DNA of 64,000 nucleotides from contig NC_091481.1 of assembly GCF_036971445.1 (NCBI RefSeq), forward strand, positions 11,222,001 to 11,286,000, written 5' to 3'. Position numbers and translations under genes: made by a program. This stretch comes from Narcine bancroftii. Its lineage: Eukaryota. The notes under the pieces were generated by a model. That model was given only the letters and a program-made list of their open reading frames with translations. It was not told the DNA's origin and searched no databases. Of the stretch, positions 1 to 14,056 are shown in pieces. The stretch's first letter is position 1. Each line of letters begins with the position of its first letter.

Positions 1-3000
1 GGAATATTGGATGTGGGAGTTGTTGAAGTATTTTATGTATTAAATGTGTTGTCATACATTGAGTTTGAAAAGGGAAGACTGAGAGATGAAAATGGGGAAA
101 AGGGGTGGTGGTGAAGAAGTGGAAATAAGGTGTAAACAGGATATGAGATGGCCATATTGAACTATATGACTATATGACTATAAATATTAATTGAATACAT
201 AACCAAATTAAACGGAAGAAGCTGAAAAGATAAAAAAAATAGACATAGCATTTGTGCAGGAAATGCATCCAACTGAAGTGGAACATAATAAATTAAGGAG
301 AGACTGGGTAGGACACGTAGCGGCAGCATCATATAATTCAAAAGCTAGAGGTGTAGCCATATTAATAAATAAAAATGTACCAATCAAAATAGAGAAGGAA
401 ATAATAGATCCAACAGGGAGGTATGTAATGATAAAGTGTCAGGTATACTCAGAATTTTGGAATTTGCTCAATATATATGCACCTAATGAAGAGGATCAAA
501 ATTTTATGCAAGTTTTTTTTAAGATTGTAGATACACAGAGGAATATATTGATAGGAGGGGATTTTAACCTTCATTTGGATAAAACTGAACAAAAGACTAG
601 CAAAAAGAATAAAGTAGCCAAATTTATGGTTAAATCAATGCAGGAAATGAAACTTATGGATATATGGAGGAGGCAGCACCCAAGGGAGAAGGAATACTCA
701 TATTACTCGAGTAGGCATAAAACATACTCAAGGATTGATATGTTTTTGTTGTCAACCCATATTCAAGGGAGAGTAAGATAAACTGAAAATAAAGCAAGAT
801 TGCTATCAGATCATTCACTTAAAAGGCAGAAATTTAGAGAGTTTATTGAACGCCAAATTAAAATGTACATTGAAATAAATACGGAATCAGTGAAAGACAA
901 ATTTATATTATGGGATGCAATGAAAGTTTTCATTAGAGGGCAGATAATAAGTTATGTAACTAAGATGAAAAAGGACTATAATCGGGAAATAGAATAGTTG
1001 GAAAGGGAGATAGTAAGCACAGAAAAGGAACTAGCAACAAAGGATGATATAACAAAAAGAGATTTGGCGGACAAAAAAATAAAACACGAAACATTACAAA
1101 CGTATAAGGTGGAGAAGAACATAATGAAAATAAAGCAAAAGTATTATGAACTAGGAGAAAAAACACACAAAATATTAGCCTGACAACTTAAAACAGAACA
1201 AGCTAAAAGAACTGTATTGGCATCAAGGAAAAAGGACAAACAAATTACATATAATCCAAAGGAGATTAATGAGAACTTTAAGGAATTTTATGAACAATTA
1301 TACCAAACTGAGAATGAGGGGAAAGATGATAAAGTAGAAGAGTTTTTAGCTAAAATTGAACTGCCGAAATTGCAAGAAGAGGAACAAAACAATCTGATAA
1401 AACCATTTGAAATAGAGGAAGTACAGGAGATATTAAAAAAGCTGTCGAACAATAAAACGCCTGGAGAGGATGGATTCCCAATATAATTCTATAAAACATT
1501 TAAAGAGTTATTAATTCCTCCTCTCCTGGAAGTAATGAACCAGATAGAAGAAACACAAAACTAAGACAGCAATAATTACAGTAATACCAAAGATGGGGAA
1601 GGATCCACTAATACCAGCATCATATTGACCAATATCTCGACTTAATTCAGATTATAAGATAATAGCAAAATTATTCACAAACAGATTGGCCGACTGTGTA
1701 CCAAAAATATTAAAACAAGATCAATCTGGATTTATTAAGAAAAGAAGAACAGCGGATAATGTCTGTAAATTTATTAATTTAATTCATGCAGTTCAAGAAA
1801 ATAAGATACCAGCAATGATGTTGCTTTAGATGCAGAAAAAAGCCTTTGACAGAGTAGAATGGAATTATTTATTCAAAGTATTACAGAGGTTCAATCTACC
1901 AGAAAAATATATTAATTGGATTAAAGCATTATATAATGGACCATTGGCAAAGTAACAGTAAATGGATATGTATCAAACCAATTTAAATTAAGTAGGTCAA
2001 CTAGGTAAGGATGTCCACTATCTCCCTTACTGTTCGCTTTAGCAATATAACCATTGGCAAAAAATAAAACAAAAGGGATAAATATAAAGGAAAAGGAGTA
2101 TAAAATCAGTTTATTTGTAGATGACATCATAGTATACTTAACAGAACCAGAAATATCAATTTAAAAATTACATAAGAAATTGAAGGAGTATGGAGAAATA
2201 TCGGGGTACAAGATCAACGCAAATAAAAGTGAAGTGATGCCAATGAGTAATGAGGATTATACAGGATTTAAAAAAGAATCACCATTTAAATGGCAAACAC
2301 AAGCAATCCGATACCTAGGTATTAGGTTAGATAATAACTTAAGCCACCTGTACAAATTAAATTATCAGCCACTAATAAAGAAATTGCAGGAAGTCTTAGA
2401 ACATTGGAAAGAATTACCACTAATGTTGATAGGGAGGGTAAACTGCATTAAAATGAATGTCTTCCCTAGAATATAATACTTATTTCATTCGTTACCAATT
2501 CCCTTAACAGAGAAGTACTTTAACGAATAAAGAGAATAATAAGGAATTTTTTATGGAAAGGGGGGGAAACCGAGAATAACATTAGATAAATTAATAGAGA
2601 GGTTCAACCAAGGTGGTTTGCAGTTAGCAAACTTTAAAAATTATTATAGAGCAGCACAATTAAGATATTTATCAGATTTTTATCAGACAAGGGAAAAACC
2701 AGATTGGAGTAAGATAGAGCTAGATAAAATAGGGAGAAGGTACCGGAACATATACTTTATAAATGGGATGAAAAGCTGGGAAGCTCACCAGTATTGCATC
2801 ATTTACTCAATATATGGAAGAAGATTCACTTAGAAAGGAAAAAAACAAATGACCAAATACCAAAATTATTATTGATGCAAAATCAGCTAATCCCTTTTAC
2901 AATAGATAACCTTTCCTTTAGAGAATGGGAGAGAAAAGGAATTAAAAGAATAGAAAATTGTTTTTTGGGAAATAATTTATTGAACAATTGAAGTACAAAT

Positions 3001-3265
3001 ATGGAATAACTCATGGTACAATGTTTGCATGCCATCAACTGAAAGCTTACTTAAAAGATAAATTGGGAAACAGACTGAGATTACCAGAAGGAAGCAGCTT
3101 TGAATATGTGATTACAGACACAATGATAATTAAAAGGTTTATAACAAACATGTACATTAATCTCCAAGATAAGGAAAAGGATGAAAGAAGCTATAAACCC
3201 AAACAAAAGTGGGAAAAGGATTTAAACATAAAGATAAAAAAAAATGAAATATGAGAAAAGCGATG
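1..3265 (+). mobile_element. Decayed L1 LINE: inter-ORF end plus fragmented ORF2 (APE endonuclease and RT); same family as the intact copy at 22598
   Basis: ORF fragments 254-781, 800-997, 998-1183, 1217-1486, 2180-2476, 2618-3254 are colinear with and highly similar to ORF2 at 24528-28325 (e.g. RDWVGHV.AASYNSKARGVAIL, TPGEDG.PI). Many stops and frameshifts; 3' truncated. Confidence 0.95.
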
Positions 3266-4072
3266 CCATGCATGATGGGGCAATACAATAGCAGCACCAT
3301 CTTCTTCATACATCAGGATATGAATGTCATGAGGCCAGGACTTATTGGCCTTAAGAAGGTAGTGCTAAACTGCCTTCTTGAATCACTGCAGTCTTTCTGC
3401 AGAAAGTATTCCCACACTATTGTTAGATAGAATTTTTTTTTTAAATTACACCTAGTAATAATGAAGGGTGATACATGCTTTCATGCCAAGATGGTGTGTG
3501 CTGTGATATTCTTGGCAGTAAATGCTTAGGCCTTGAAAGGTGCAGTTGGAGTAGCCCTGGTATGCATCAACAGCACATTTTATAGGAGAGCCAAGCTGAA
3601 GCTATGCTGTGCCAATGGTGGAAGCAATTGATGTATCATATGGTTGATGGTGCGTTATTCAAGCAATTCATTTGGTTTGGTTTTGCTCCTATAAATTTAC
3701 AAAAGGCTCAGGCCTGAAACATTGGTTATATATCTTTACCTGCTCCTCCAGCATTTTTGTATTTTTACTTCCTGTTCAACCGCATTTTAGAGTGGCCCTG
3801 GCCTGTCAAATGGAGCAATCTTTATTACGCTCCTGAACTGTGTCTTGTAGATGGTGGAAAGGCTTTCGTATGTCATTCTCTGCAGGACATCCAACCGCTG
3901 GTCTGCTCTTCCACAGTGTTTATTTAAAAATTCCAGTTGAATAGCACAATCCTGTGAGATTGGATAGTTTACTGGTTAAATAAATGGACATTGGTAATGC
4001 ATTGTTATTTGCAGGAAAGGAAGTGAATTCTGATTCGAAGAAAATACAAAATAGAAACTAAACGAGGCATAC

Positions 4073-4172
4073 TTGCTGCACCCTTCAGCTCATTATAGCC
4101 ATTATGATTTGTGGGGGTTTGCAGCTGTGGATCTGATTCAGGTGAGAATGTGCTTGTGTGGGCAGGATAAAA
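4073..4172 (-). CDS. Candidate distal cytoplasmic exon of the V-C1 receptor (FYPAHTSTFSPESDPQLQTPTNHNGYNELKGAA)
   Basis: Good acceptor (ttttcttctag), open in phase 0, contains YNEL, weak donor caa|gtatgc, lies in non-repeat sequence. No independent support. Confidence 0.2.
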
Positions 4173-4663
4173 CTAGAAGAAAACTGGTCCTTGATAGAAT
4201 TTGGTCAATAATTTACAATAAATTCTAGCAGTAGAATTTAATGTTTTATTTTAAAGATGTTTCAAATATATGGACTTACACAATGGCTAAAATATGCACT
4301 TTTCTAACTTCCCATGAATAAATGAAGTGAATAAAAATAAAGAAATAAGGAGAGATATAATTTTGATAGAGCCAGAGAGGATAGCGATGTTCATCAGAAC
4401 AGACAACATATTCACCGAAACAGGGCACAAAGATACACATAGAAACAAGATGCAAACAATATACACAGAAAAACAGATAAGATGAACAAATTGCAAATGG
4501 AAGAATTTGATTTGAAAAAATGATAGCTGCTGTGATCTGGAGAGGGGGAGTGAAGACACAGTGCTGCTTCAGGATCCTACTGCCTGGACCTGATGACAAT
4601 GGGCCCAGACAGTAGATTCCACTGTTTGTTAGAGGAGCAATGGTGTTTTTTTTAATATCTTGT

Positions 4664-5205
4664 AACCATGGAGGTCTGGGCCCAAGATGGCAGCGCTTTG
4701 CTAGGCAGGTACCACAAGGGGTTGCAGACTCCAAGGGAGTAGAGGTGTAAGACATCAAAAACAGGGAGAACTCCCCCTGCTTCCCATTGAGGAGATGACC
4801 TTAAGGAAGGTGGCCATGGCAGTGGACCAGCAAGGGGCCTGGCGGCTGAAAGACCTGTACATGGTGCGGGCAGCTGGCAACTTGTGGTCTTAGGACTCAC
4901 ACCAGACTGGACTGCTGGCAACTGGCTCATGGGAATCAGGGATCAGAACTGGGATTTGAAAGGTCGCTGAGGGCGAGAAGGGCTCACAAAGGGCCATTGG
5001 ACTGAACAGTAGTCTGAGGCTGCAGAAGCTGCGGGAGTGCTGGAGGACACTCAGTATCTCTGAAGGAACTCTCTTTTGCTTCTTTTTCTCATTATTGCAG
5101 GCACTGGGAAATGCTGATGGCCTTTACAGCAGGCAAAGGTTGAAGAACAGAATATTGTGTATATTACATTTTTTGTATTATAATATGACAATAAAAGGAA
5201 TCTTT
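4664..5205 (+). mobile_element. Non-autonomous retroposon-like repeat (second copy 13525-13992)
   Basis: Shares internal and 3' sequence (ctcttttgcttct..., tgacaataaaaggaatctt) with 13525-13992; 5' end has ccaagatggc; no coding capacity. Confidence 0.55.
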
Positions 5206-6059
5206 GTAATAATCTACTTCAAGGTGCCTTCTTCTGTTTGTCTTTCAGTGAAGAACTGGGCTGTACACAACTTCCTCCTCCTTCACCTTCTTACTCTCTG
5301 CGTTTCCCCATTGCAGTTCGACATAGCAGATCTCATTCTCATCACTTTCATTCTATAAAATAGGAAAGCAGACAAATGGATTTATTTCTGTCTCTCTTTT
5401 AACCATCCTTGAGTCTTTTGGTGTGGAGATTTAAACCAAGCCTAATGTCCAATTACACAGATGACACAGAATTTACTTCATATTAGCAAATGCACTGCAA
5501 GCAACAATGTAATAAGAGGAAATAACTTTTAAGGTTATAGTCTAATTAATGGGAAGCCATTGCAGGTACAGATCAATATAGTGAAATCACTCGGCAGAAG
5601 GACAAATATAAATAGCAGCTTGTCAATGAGGATTTTCTGATGATAGTCAATAAGATTGTTCAGGTGACTCGTCAAGATGTAGTTCTAACCCACATTTTGG
5701 AAGGATTAACTTGTGGATATGTCCAAATGAAGTTTTACAGTTATCCCATGACTGAAAGTTTAAAACGGTCAGATAAAAAAGCATGTTTAAAATGGTACAA
5801 ATAATTATTCTAAGTGTCCCCTGGATAAGAAATGTACATGAAGGAGGAAGACAGAGAGGAAGGAATTAGAAACCAAGAGCTGAATGTCTGTCATAAGAAA
5901 AAATAAGCTATTGTCAATGACATTGTAGAAGGGCACTCATTCAAGATAATCAAGCAATGTTGATATGGCTTTGTGAAAGAGGAAATGTGTTTTATTGGAA
6001 CTCTTTGAAGATTTAACATGTGGGTAACTGATAGATGGACAATCCTGAGATTTCTAAAA

Positions 6060-6920
6060 GTCAAGTGAAGTTTATTGTCATCTGGCTGCACAAGTACAAG
6101 CCGAAAAACAGCATTCTCTGGTTTTCGATACAAAGCACACTGACACACAACCAGACATAACACACATACAGATAAACAATACATATGCAGGACAAGTAAA
6201 ATATATATTATACAAAATAAAATAAATATTGTTTCATAAATGTGAGAGTCTCAGATGATTAGTGTGAGCTGTTCCTTTGCTTGTTTGGCGTTCTCATTGC
6301 CCGTGGGAAGAAGTTGTTCCTCAGCCTGGTGGTGCTGGCTCTGTTTCTCCTATATCACTTTCCCGATGCAAGCTGCTGAAAGAAGCTGTGTGCAGGGTGG
6401 AAGGATTCCTCAATGATTCTACGTGACATCTTTAGACAATGATCTTGGTTGATCCCATCAAAGGGGTGGGGGGAGGGATCTAGGGATTCTCTCTGCCACT
6501 TTTATGGTCCTGTGGATTGATTTCTAATCATTTCTCTGCTACAACCTGTGATGCAGCTGGCCAGGATACTCTTGATAGAGCTCCTATAGAAAGTTGACAT
6601 AATGGGGGCCAGTTCCCTTGCCCAGTTTTCTCAGGAAGCACAGTTGCTTTGCTCCTTCCTGATGTAAGGAAATGTTGAGTGTCCACAATAGGTCACTAGT
6701 TAAATGAACTTCAAGGAACTTGGTGCTCTCCACTACTGAGTTATTGATGTTTAGTGGAGGGTGATCAATCCTGGTCCTCCTGAAGTCCACCATCATCTCC
6801 TTAGTCTTATCCACTTTTGCACCACAAGAGTTTTTCATCTCTTCTCTATAGTGTGACTCATCATTGTTGCTGATGAGGCCAACTACTGTTGTGTCATCTG
6901 CAAACTTGATGACACTTTTG
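6060..6920 (-). mobile_element. Rex1/Babar-type LINE, 3' RT fragment
   Basis: Minus ORF 6584-6838 has KTKEMMVDFRR and KFL.VH motifs typical of the Rex1/Babar RT C terminus; gacaataaa tail near 6070. Confidence 0.7.
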
Positions 6921-6939
6921 GGATTGACTTCCAGCTGGC

Positions 6940-9900
6940 TGTAACAATCTAATGCTCCTGCTTGCTTGACAGATCTTCCATCTACTCATTTCTTTATTCT
7001 ACAACTAAAGCGCTCCACATTATTCTCCTTTTCTTTCTTCTACTTATACTCGCATTGAAATTGCTACAAGAAGTAAATTTGTGAAGAAAAAAGATATGCC
7101 AATGAATCTGACTATGGAGGCTATTACTGAGGTACTGAATCAACATAGACAGATGTTAACCAAAGATCTTAAACAAGCCTTGGGTCAGATTAATACTAAA
7201 CTTGACCAAGTCCAAAATCTAACGAAAGAACAGGGTGAACGTTTGACATCTGTCGAGCAGGAATTGACCATCTGAATTGACCGTGTTGATGAAGTGGAAA
7301 ATACATGCTTTAGATTAAGTGACAGTAATTTGAAACTTAAGGCGAAAGTCATTGATCTGGAAGGCAGGAGCAGACGACAGAACTGACATATTCTGGGTTT
7401 GGCTAAACCTACAGAAAGTGGGCAATTCACAAAATTCTTTTTGGAGTTGCTTTATGAGGTTTTTGAGAAAGAGTTTTTTTTAATCTCCCCTAGTGATTGC
7501 TAGAGCTAACCATTCTTTAATAGCTAAGCCTTCCACCAATCAGAGACTATGTTCAGTTATTAGTTGGCTACATCATTATCAAATAAGGAGTCTTTGATTT
7601 GTGATGCCCATCGAACCAGGACACTTTAATATCATAGCCAGCAAATCAGAATTGTGGAAGATTACTGTCCCAAAGTCATGAACCAGTGCGGCAAATACAG
7701 AGAAGTTATGACGGAGCTGTACAAATGTGGTTTAAAGCCTTTCCTGCTGTATTCTGCGCGTTTCTGCACTGTACTTCCTCATGGTCAGAAAAAGATGCTG
7801 CACTCTGTTGAAAAGGCTTGGAGCTACCAAGAAGATATCACTACTACATTGTGCCCAGTGGTAACTTCTACTTGATCACCTTGATGATTGATTATGATTA
7901 GTTTTAAGGTTTTCAACATTTATTACATAACAATCAAGGACTGGTTGGTTCCTTTTATCTGGGCAATTTTTCTCTTTATTTTTACCGGGATGATAAAATT
8001 ACTAGGGTTGTATTCATATATATTTTCTCCTTCTCTCTTCATTGAATTATTATTTTTATGAGAATATTAAGAAATACATATTAATTTATTTTTCAGTAAT
8101 ATTGGTCCAAATTTTACTTTAGTATTTTTATATTAAATTTATTGCATTTAAAAAATCTTTATAAGAAGAAATTCATGAGAAATTTTAAAATAAATCATTA
8201 TTTTGATTGTAGTCATAATAAATTAATCATAGGTTGGAAGAGCTGCATATATCTACATTGGCAGCAATGGAGATAATATCAACAGATCCAGCAGGGAGAA
8301 TTAATTGAGTGGGAAATGGATTGTTTTGGCAAGCCTGCTGCATTATCTTTAGAAGCTGTCTGGGTTTGGGGAGGGAGAGGTGGGGAGAGGGTATGGTTTT
8401 TTTCTTCAAGGTTGTATTGGCTTTAGGAATTTGTTTAAACTCTGGCTGGGTAACAATTTTTTACAATTTATCACCAGTTTCATATTTCTGCCTCAAAACT
8501 GCCACCTAGTGCCATATATTAGTTGAACTAATCAATCTACATTAATTATGGAAATTATGAATAATTATATTAATATCCTTAGTTGGAATGTAAAAGGATT
8601 GATCCATCCAGTTAAGAGGAACAAAATATTTTCACATATTAAACAGTTTAAAGCTATTGTATTTTTACAATAAACACATCAATAGTTATGATAATTCCCA
8701 CCGTATGACAAACTGGAGGGGACAGCATTTTCATTCCTCCTTCCAGGCTAAAGCCGGGGGGTGGGGTTTCAATTTTTATTAATCAAAATATTCCTTTTGT
8801 CCATCACAAAGTCATATTAGATATAAATGGTCAGTGTATCATTGTTTCAGGGAAACTAAATGATAAAATGGTGGTTTTTGCTGATATTTATGCCCCTAAT
8901 GCAGATAATGTGGATTTTTAAAAACATTTTTTCTTCCTTACCAGACTTGAATTCATACTCTATAGTATTTGGTGGGGATTTTAACCGTTGGTTCGACCTT
9001 GCTTTGGATTGTCCATCTCTTAAACCTGCCTTGAGTAAATCTACTTCATTAATTATTTTTTTTATCAGATGATCGTATTTCTGATGTTTGGCATTTTCTT
9101 TATCCAAATCGTAGAGAGTATTCTTTATTTTCACATGTTCAATTAACTTATTCGTGAATTGATTATTTTCTTTTTGATAATCAACTGATCCCACGATTAA
9201 TTCCTGTAATATCAGATCATGCCCCTATTGTGTTATCTATGACTCTTCCTGGCCTTTCTCAAATAAAAAGGCATTGGTGTTTTAATTTGAGTTTATTGTC
9301 AGATAATGACTTTGTGAAATTTATGTTGAAGCAGGTAACTTTCTTCTTTGATTCAAACAATTCATCAGAAATTTCTAATCAGATTTGGATGCAATGAAAG
9401 CTTTTTTGAGGGAGCAAATTATTTCTTACAGTGTGAATATAAAAAGGAAGATCAATAAAGACTAGAATTAATTAATCAAATTAAACAAATAGATCAAAAA
9501 TATGCTCAAACTAAAAAAAACCTGAGTTATATAAAAAATGAGTTGAATTTCAAACTAAATTTGATCTTCTTTCAACTTATGTCAAAGCTAATTGTTGAAG
9601 AGTAACAGTCAGTTTTATATCCATGGTGCTAAATCAGACAAGCTTTTAGCTAACCAGCTGAGAGGTTTTGAAGCCAAGAGGCAAATTACAAAGATTCGAA
9701 AAGAGGATGGTAACATGACTACAGAGCATTCTGAGATAAATGATACACTCAGGAAATTTTTCTCCTGACTTTACAATTCCGAATTCACAAATGATAGTAT
9801 TTGTTTAAACATTCCACACTTTCCTGGATGACCAAATGAAACTAGATGAGCCTATATTGTATGAGGAAATTGCTGCTATTTCTTTACTACAGTCTGGAAG

Positions 9901-10080
9901 ATCTCTGGGACCTGACAGGTTTCCTGTTGAGTTTTCAAAATCTTTTTCTCCACTACTTTCACCTCAATTAAGTTCAGTGTTATCAGACTCATTTAGGAAG
10001 GGTAATCTTCTGGCAACATTTAATGAAGTATGTATATTTCTCATAGCAAAGTGCTATGGAACTGAGTGCTCCTCCTACAA
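6940..10080 (+). mobile_element. Decayed L1 of a second family (ORF1 remnants ~7081-7875; ORF2 EN and start of RT ~8548-10080)
   Basis: ORF1-like DLEGRSRRQN and EDY motifs; ORF2 start SWNVKG near 8580; GGDFN; G.SLGPD.FP.EF. Many disruptions. Confidence 0.85.
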
Positions 10081-10084
10081 TTTT

Positions 10085-11950
10085 AACTGTAAGTCTTTAT
10101 CATTTATATTACTTAATAGAAAAATATTTGGATCTTTAGGTATTTTATCTTTAAGTATTTAATATTAGATTCAATTTATCCCAGAAAAATTTAACTTTCT
10201 CACGTCCAAGTTGAATGCAGTATTGTACCAATTTCTTGATTACAATCGAAGCATTTATCTGATAATGTGGGATTCCATTCTTTTAATTTTTGAGGTGTAA
10301 TATATAATCTATGTAACAAATTATATTGTATCATATGATACTAAGTATTTATTGTATTTATCATAATACCATTACATAGTTCAGACCGAGTTTTGTTTTT
10401 TATCTGTATATTTAAATCCTCTTCCCAATGTTGTTTTGATTTGTACATTTTTAAATCATTTTTGTTATTTTGTAATCTAAAATACATATTTGTAATGGTT
10501 TTTAAACTATTGATATGTCTGTAATTATATATTCAAAACAGCTTGACTCAGGTAGCTTAAACTTGTTCTTATTTTCTCCTTTAAATATGTTTTTAATTTA
10601 TAATAAGAAAAGATTGTGTCATTAAATATTTCATATTTATAATTCAATTGATCAAATGTCATTAAAATATTACCCAAAAAATGATATTTTTATTCTTTTA
10701 ATTCATTTTTTTGTCCATTCATTAAAAGTGTATTATTCATTGTAAAAATAATTAATTGATTTTGCTTCAGCAACATATTTGGTAATTGATAGTTTACCAT
10801 CCCATTTTCTGAATGTATATTATTCCATTTTTTTAATATATGATGTAATATTGGTGTATTTTTATACCTTACTTATTTCTTGTTCCATTTATAAATTAAA
10901 TGTTAAAAAACATTATCTTCTAATTTATATAACTCTATCCTGAGCCAAGCCAATTTTTCCCCTTGTTGATAGAATTTTGACAAAAATTTTAATTGAGATG
11001 CCTTTTAGTAGTTTTTAAAATTTGGTAGCTTCAAACCTCCTTGTTTATATGACCATGTTAACTTGTCCAAAGCTTACCCTTCCATAGAAATGTTCCTACT
11101 TAATTTATTCAGTTTTTGGAAAAATTTTCCTGATAAAGGAATAGGTAACAATTGGAAAAAAATATTGTAATCTCTGAAATACGTTAATTTTTATACAGTT
11201 TACCCTCCCTATCAGAGTTATAGATAAGTCTTTCCATTTTTCTAGGTCATCTTGGATCTTTTTTAATAGTGATTGATAGTTTAATTTAAATTATTGTCTA
11301 TTCTAATGCCATTTAAATGGAGATTCCTGTTTACAGCTGTGTTCATTGGCATTACTTCATTTTTATCAGTGTTAACTTTATATCCTGACACTGCACCGTA
11401 TCCTTTCAATTTAGTATGTAACATCTTTATTGACTTTTCAGGTTGTGTTAAGTACACAATAATATCGTCAGCAAATAGGCTCATTTTAAATTCTTCATCA
11501 TTTATTGTTTTATCTGATCTTATCAATTCTGCTAATGGTTCTAGACCTAAAACAAAAAGGGAAGGTGCTAGAGGACAGTCCTGTCTCGTTGACCTATTTA
11601 ATGAGAAAGAATCTGAGATATGCCCGTTAGTCAATACTCTTGCTTTAGGATTGTTATATAAGACATAATCCAGTTAATGAATTGTTCTGGCACTTTAACT
11701 TTCTGTAATACTTTAAACAAGAAACTCCATTCAAGCCTTTCAAAGGCATTTTCAGCATTTTCTAATGCTACTGCAATGGTTTGTTCTTTCCTCATTTGTG
11801 CTGTATGAATCAAGTAGATAAATTTACGCACATTGTCAGTTGATCATCTATTTTTAACAAATCTGGTCTGATCTGATTTCACTAATTTTGGTAAATAATT
11901 TGTTAGTATATTTGATAACAATTTTGCAATAAGTTTGTAATCTGTATGAA
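10085..11950 (-). mobile_element. Decayed L1 ORF2, RT and 3' part, antisense
   Basis: Minus ORFs 11281-11634 (STRQDCPLAP, SLFADD, GYKVN) and 11631-11831 (AENAFERLEW) match L1 RT motifs. Confidence 0.9.
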
Positions 11951-11959
11951 ACAAAGATA

Positions 11960-12785
11960 TTGGTCAAGCTTTGAGAGCCTTCCACACTGTCCACTACACG
12001 TCCAATCTTTGTGTCATCTACAAAGTTGCTGATCCAATTTACCACATTAACATCCAAATCATTGATATGGATGACAAACAACAACCAACCCAGCACTGAT
12101 CCCTGAGGCACATCACTGGCCTTTCCAGTCTGAGAGGCAATCATCTATTACCAATCTCTGCTTTCTCCTGTTTAGCCATTGTCAAACCCAGTTTACTATC
12201 TCACCATGAATATGGAGTGGCTGAACCTTCCTAACCAATTTCCAATGTGGGACCTTGTCAAAAGCCTTTTCTAAAGTCCCTGTAGACAATGTCCACAGCA
12301 TTTTCTTCATCAACTTTCCTGGTAATCTACTTGAAAAACTCTATAAGATTGGTTAATCATAATCTACTATGCACAAAGCTATGTTGACTATGCCTAATCA
12401 GTCCCTGCCTATTCAAATACTTGTATATCTGATCTCTGAGAACACCTTTCAATAACGTACCTACTATTGACTTCAGGTTCACCCAGGTTATATTTGGAGC
12501 CTTTTTTAAACAATCCTCAGCACCTGACCCATGGATGAGGACAAATCTGTCAGGGCCCCAACAATTTCTACTCTAGCCTCCCACAAAGTCCGAGGGAATA
12601 CCTTGTCAGGCCTTGGTGATTTATCTACTCTTGTTTACTTTAAGAGCAAGCAAATCATCCTCTTTAATCTGTATAGATTCCATGACCTCACAGCTTGTTT
12701 GCATTACTTCCCTAGACTCTGTTCCAAATTCCTAATTAGGTACAGATGCAAAAATAACATTTAAGATCTCCCCATCTCTCCTGGC
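11960..12785 (-). mobile_element. CR1 LINE RT fragment
   Basis: Minus ORF 11854-12144: VPQGSVLG..LFVI.INDLD and FVDDTKIG, the CR1 RT signature. Confidence 0.85.
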
Positions 12786-13157
12786 TCCATACACAGTTGA
12801 TTCGACATTTAATGGCATTACCTTTGATGAAACTTCTTGCATAAAATCACAAGTAAATTGGCATAGTATTTGTATCTGAGACGTGAATTATACTAAAAAA
12901 AGTGTAAATATGTTAAAAAGGATTGGTTTTTTTCAGATGTGATATTATGTTTGTTTTGGAAAAATAAAATTTTCAAAAATTTCCTGCATATTTCTTCGGA
13001 CCAACAATTTAATGGACCAACAACATAAATACATGATCTGATACATAGCAGTGTCACCATTTCTGGTGAGTTGTTTGCTGTGTTTGGTTTGGTGGCTCTG
13101 CAGTCTTTATCTATACTTGGCAGTGCATCAGGAATAATCCAAGGTCCACATTGGGAT

Positions 13158-13214
13158 TCAATACGTTGCCCATTCCAAATTTAAACTCAGTTGAACATCT
13201 TTCACCTTGTCAGT
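13158..13214 (-). CDS. Candidate terminal cytoplasmic exon of the V-C1 receptor (TDKVKDVQLSLNLEWATY*)
   Basis: Acceptor tctcacattcccacttag; open in phase 0, compatible with the 13328 donor; alternative to the 4073-4172 candidate. Confidence 0.25.
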   Translation of the reverse strand, partial: TDKVKDVQLSLNLEWATY

Positions 13215-13327
13215 CTAAGTGGGAATGTGAGACAATTCTGGGCAGAGTCTAACCAACATTTCCTTTGAATTAGTAACTAGGGAGGCCTAAACTTGCATTC
13301 ACAATTAAAAATTAATTTTACATTTAC

Positions 13328-13392
13328 CATGTTATTCTGTTCCAGGTTCAATGGTTGATTACCAGCTTGAATTCTCTTTTGTTCTTGAATTC
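13328..13392 (-). CDS. Probable first cytoplasmic exon of the V-C1 receptor (GIQEQKRIQAGNQPLNLEQNNM)
   Basis: Acceptor ttttttataaag; phase-1 entry matches the TM exon; open to donor ATG|gtaaat at 13328 (alternative donor ctg|gtaatc at 13363). Confidence 0.4.
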
Positions 13393-13524
13393 CTTTATAA
13401 AAAATTGAGAATAATTAGTGTAAAGAAGAGTTTTTAAGTCATAGTAGTGTTAAGAAGATATACAATGAACTTCAATATCTTGAAACAGAGTTTCATCTAA
13501 CATTTTGCTTAATATTTTTTCGTT

Positions 13525-13992
13525 AATTACAAAATAGGACAATAGCTGCAAACTCAGGATAAATGGAGCAAGGATCATTGTGCAGAGTCCATGATCACAT
13601 ATGCAGCAAGCTGTTGATGACTCAAGGTGAGGAACACTTGCAGGCTGCTGGTAACTGTGGTCAAAGGACTCACTCCAGACTGTCGACTGCCGGATTGCCT
13701 TGACCAGGTATCGGAACCGGAATATGGGAGTGTGAAGGATTCCTAATCGTGTCGGAGGTTTGGATCTGGAGTTCAATTTGCGGATGGTTTGGACTGGAGT
13801 CTGTGTAGCTGCGGAGGCTGCAGGAGTGGTGGAGGCGAATCCAGACACTCTGTGACTCTGGGGGGCTCTCTTTTGCTTCTCTTTCTCTGACTGTGAGGCA
13901 CCTGGCAATTTCTGCTAACCCTTATAGCAGACTAAAGGCAATTTCATGTAATATTATACTGTTTTTATTACTTGACAATAAAAGGAATCTTG
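13525..13992 (+). mobile_element. Non-autonomous retroposon-like repeat (related to 4664-5205)
   Basis: Shared 3' end ctcttttgcttctc...tgacaataaaaggaatcttga. Confidence 0.5.
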
Positions 13993-14056
13993 AGTCAGGG
14001 TAGAATCTGCAAATGGCTTGGGAGTGGCCTATAAAGTTGTTTGTGAAATGACTTAC

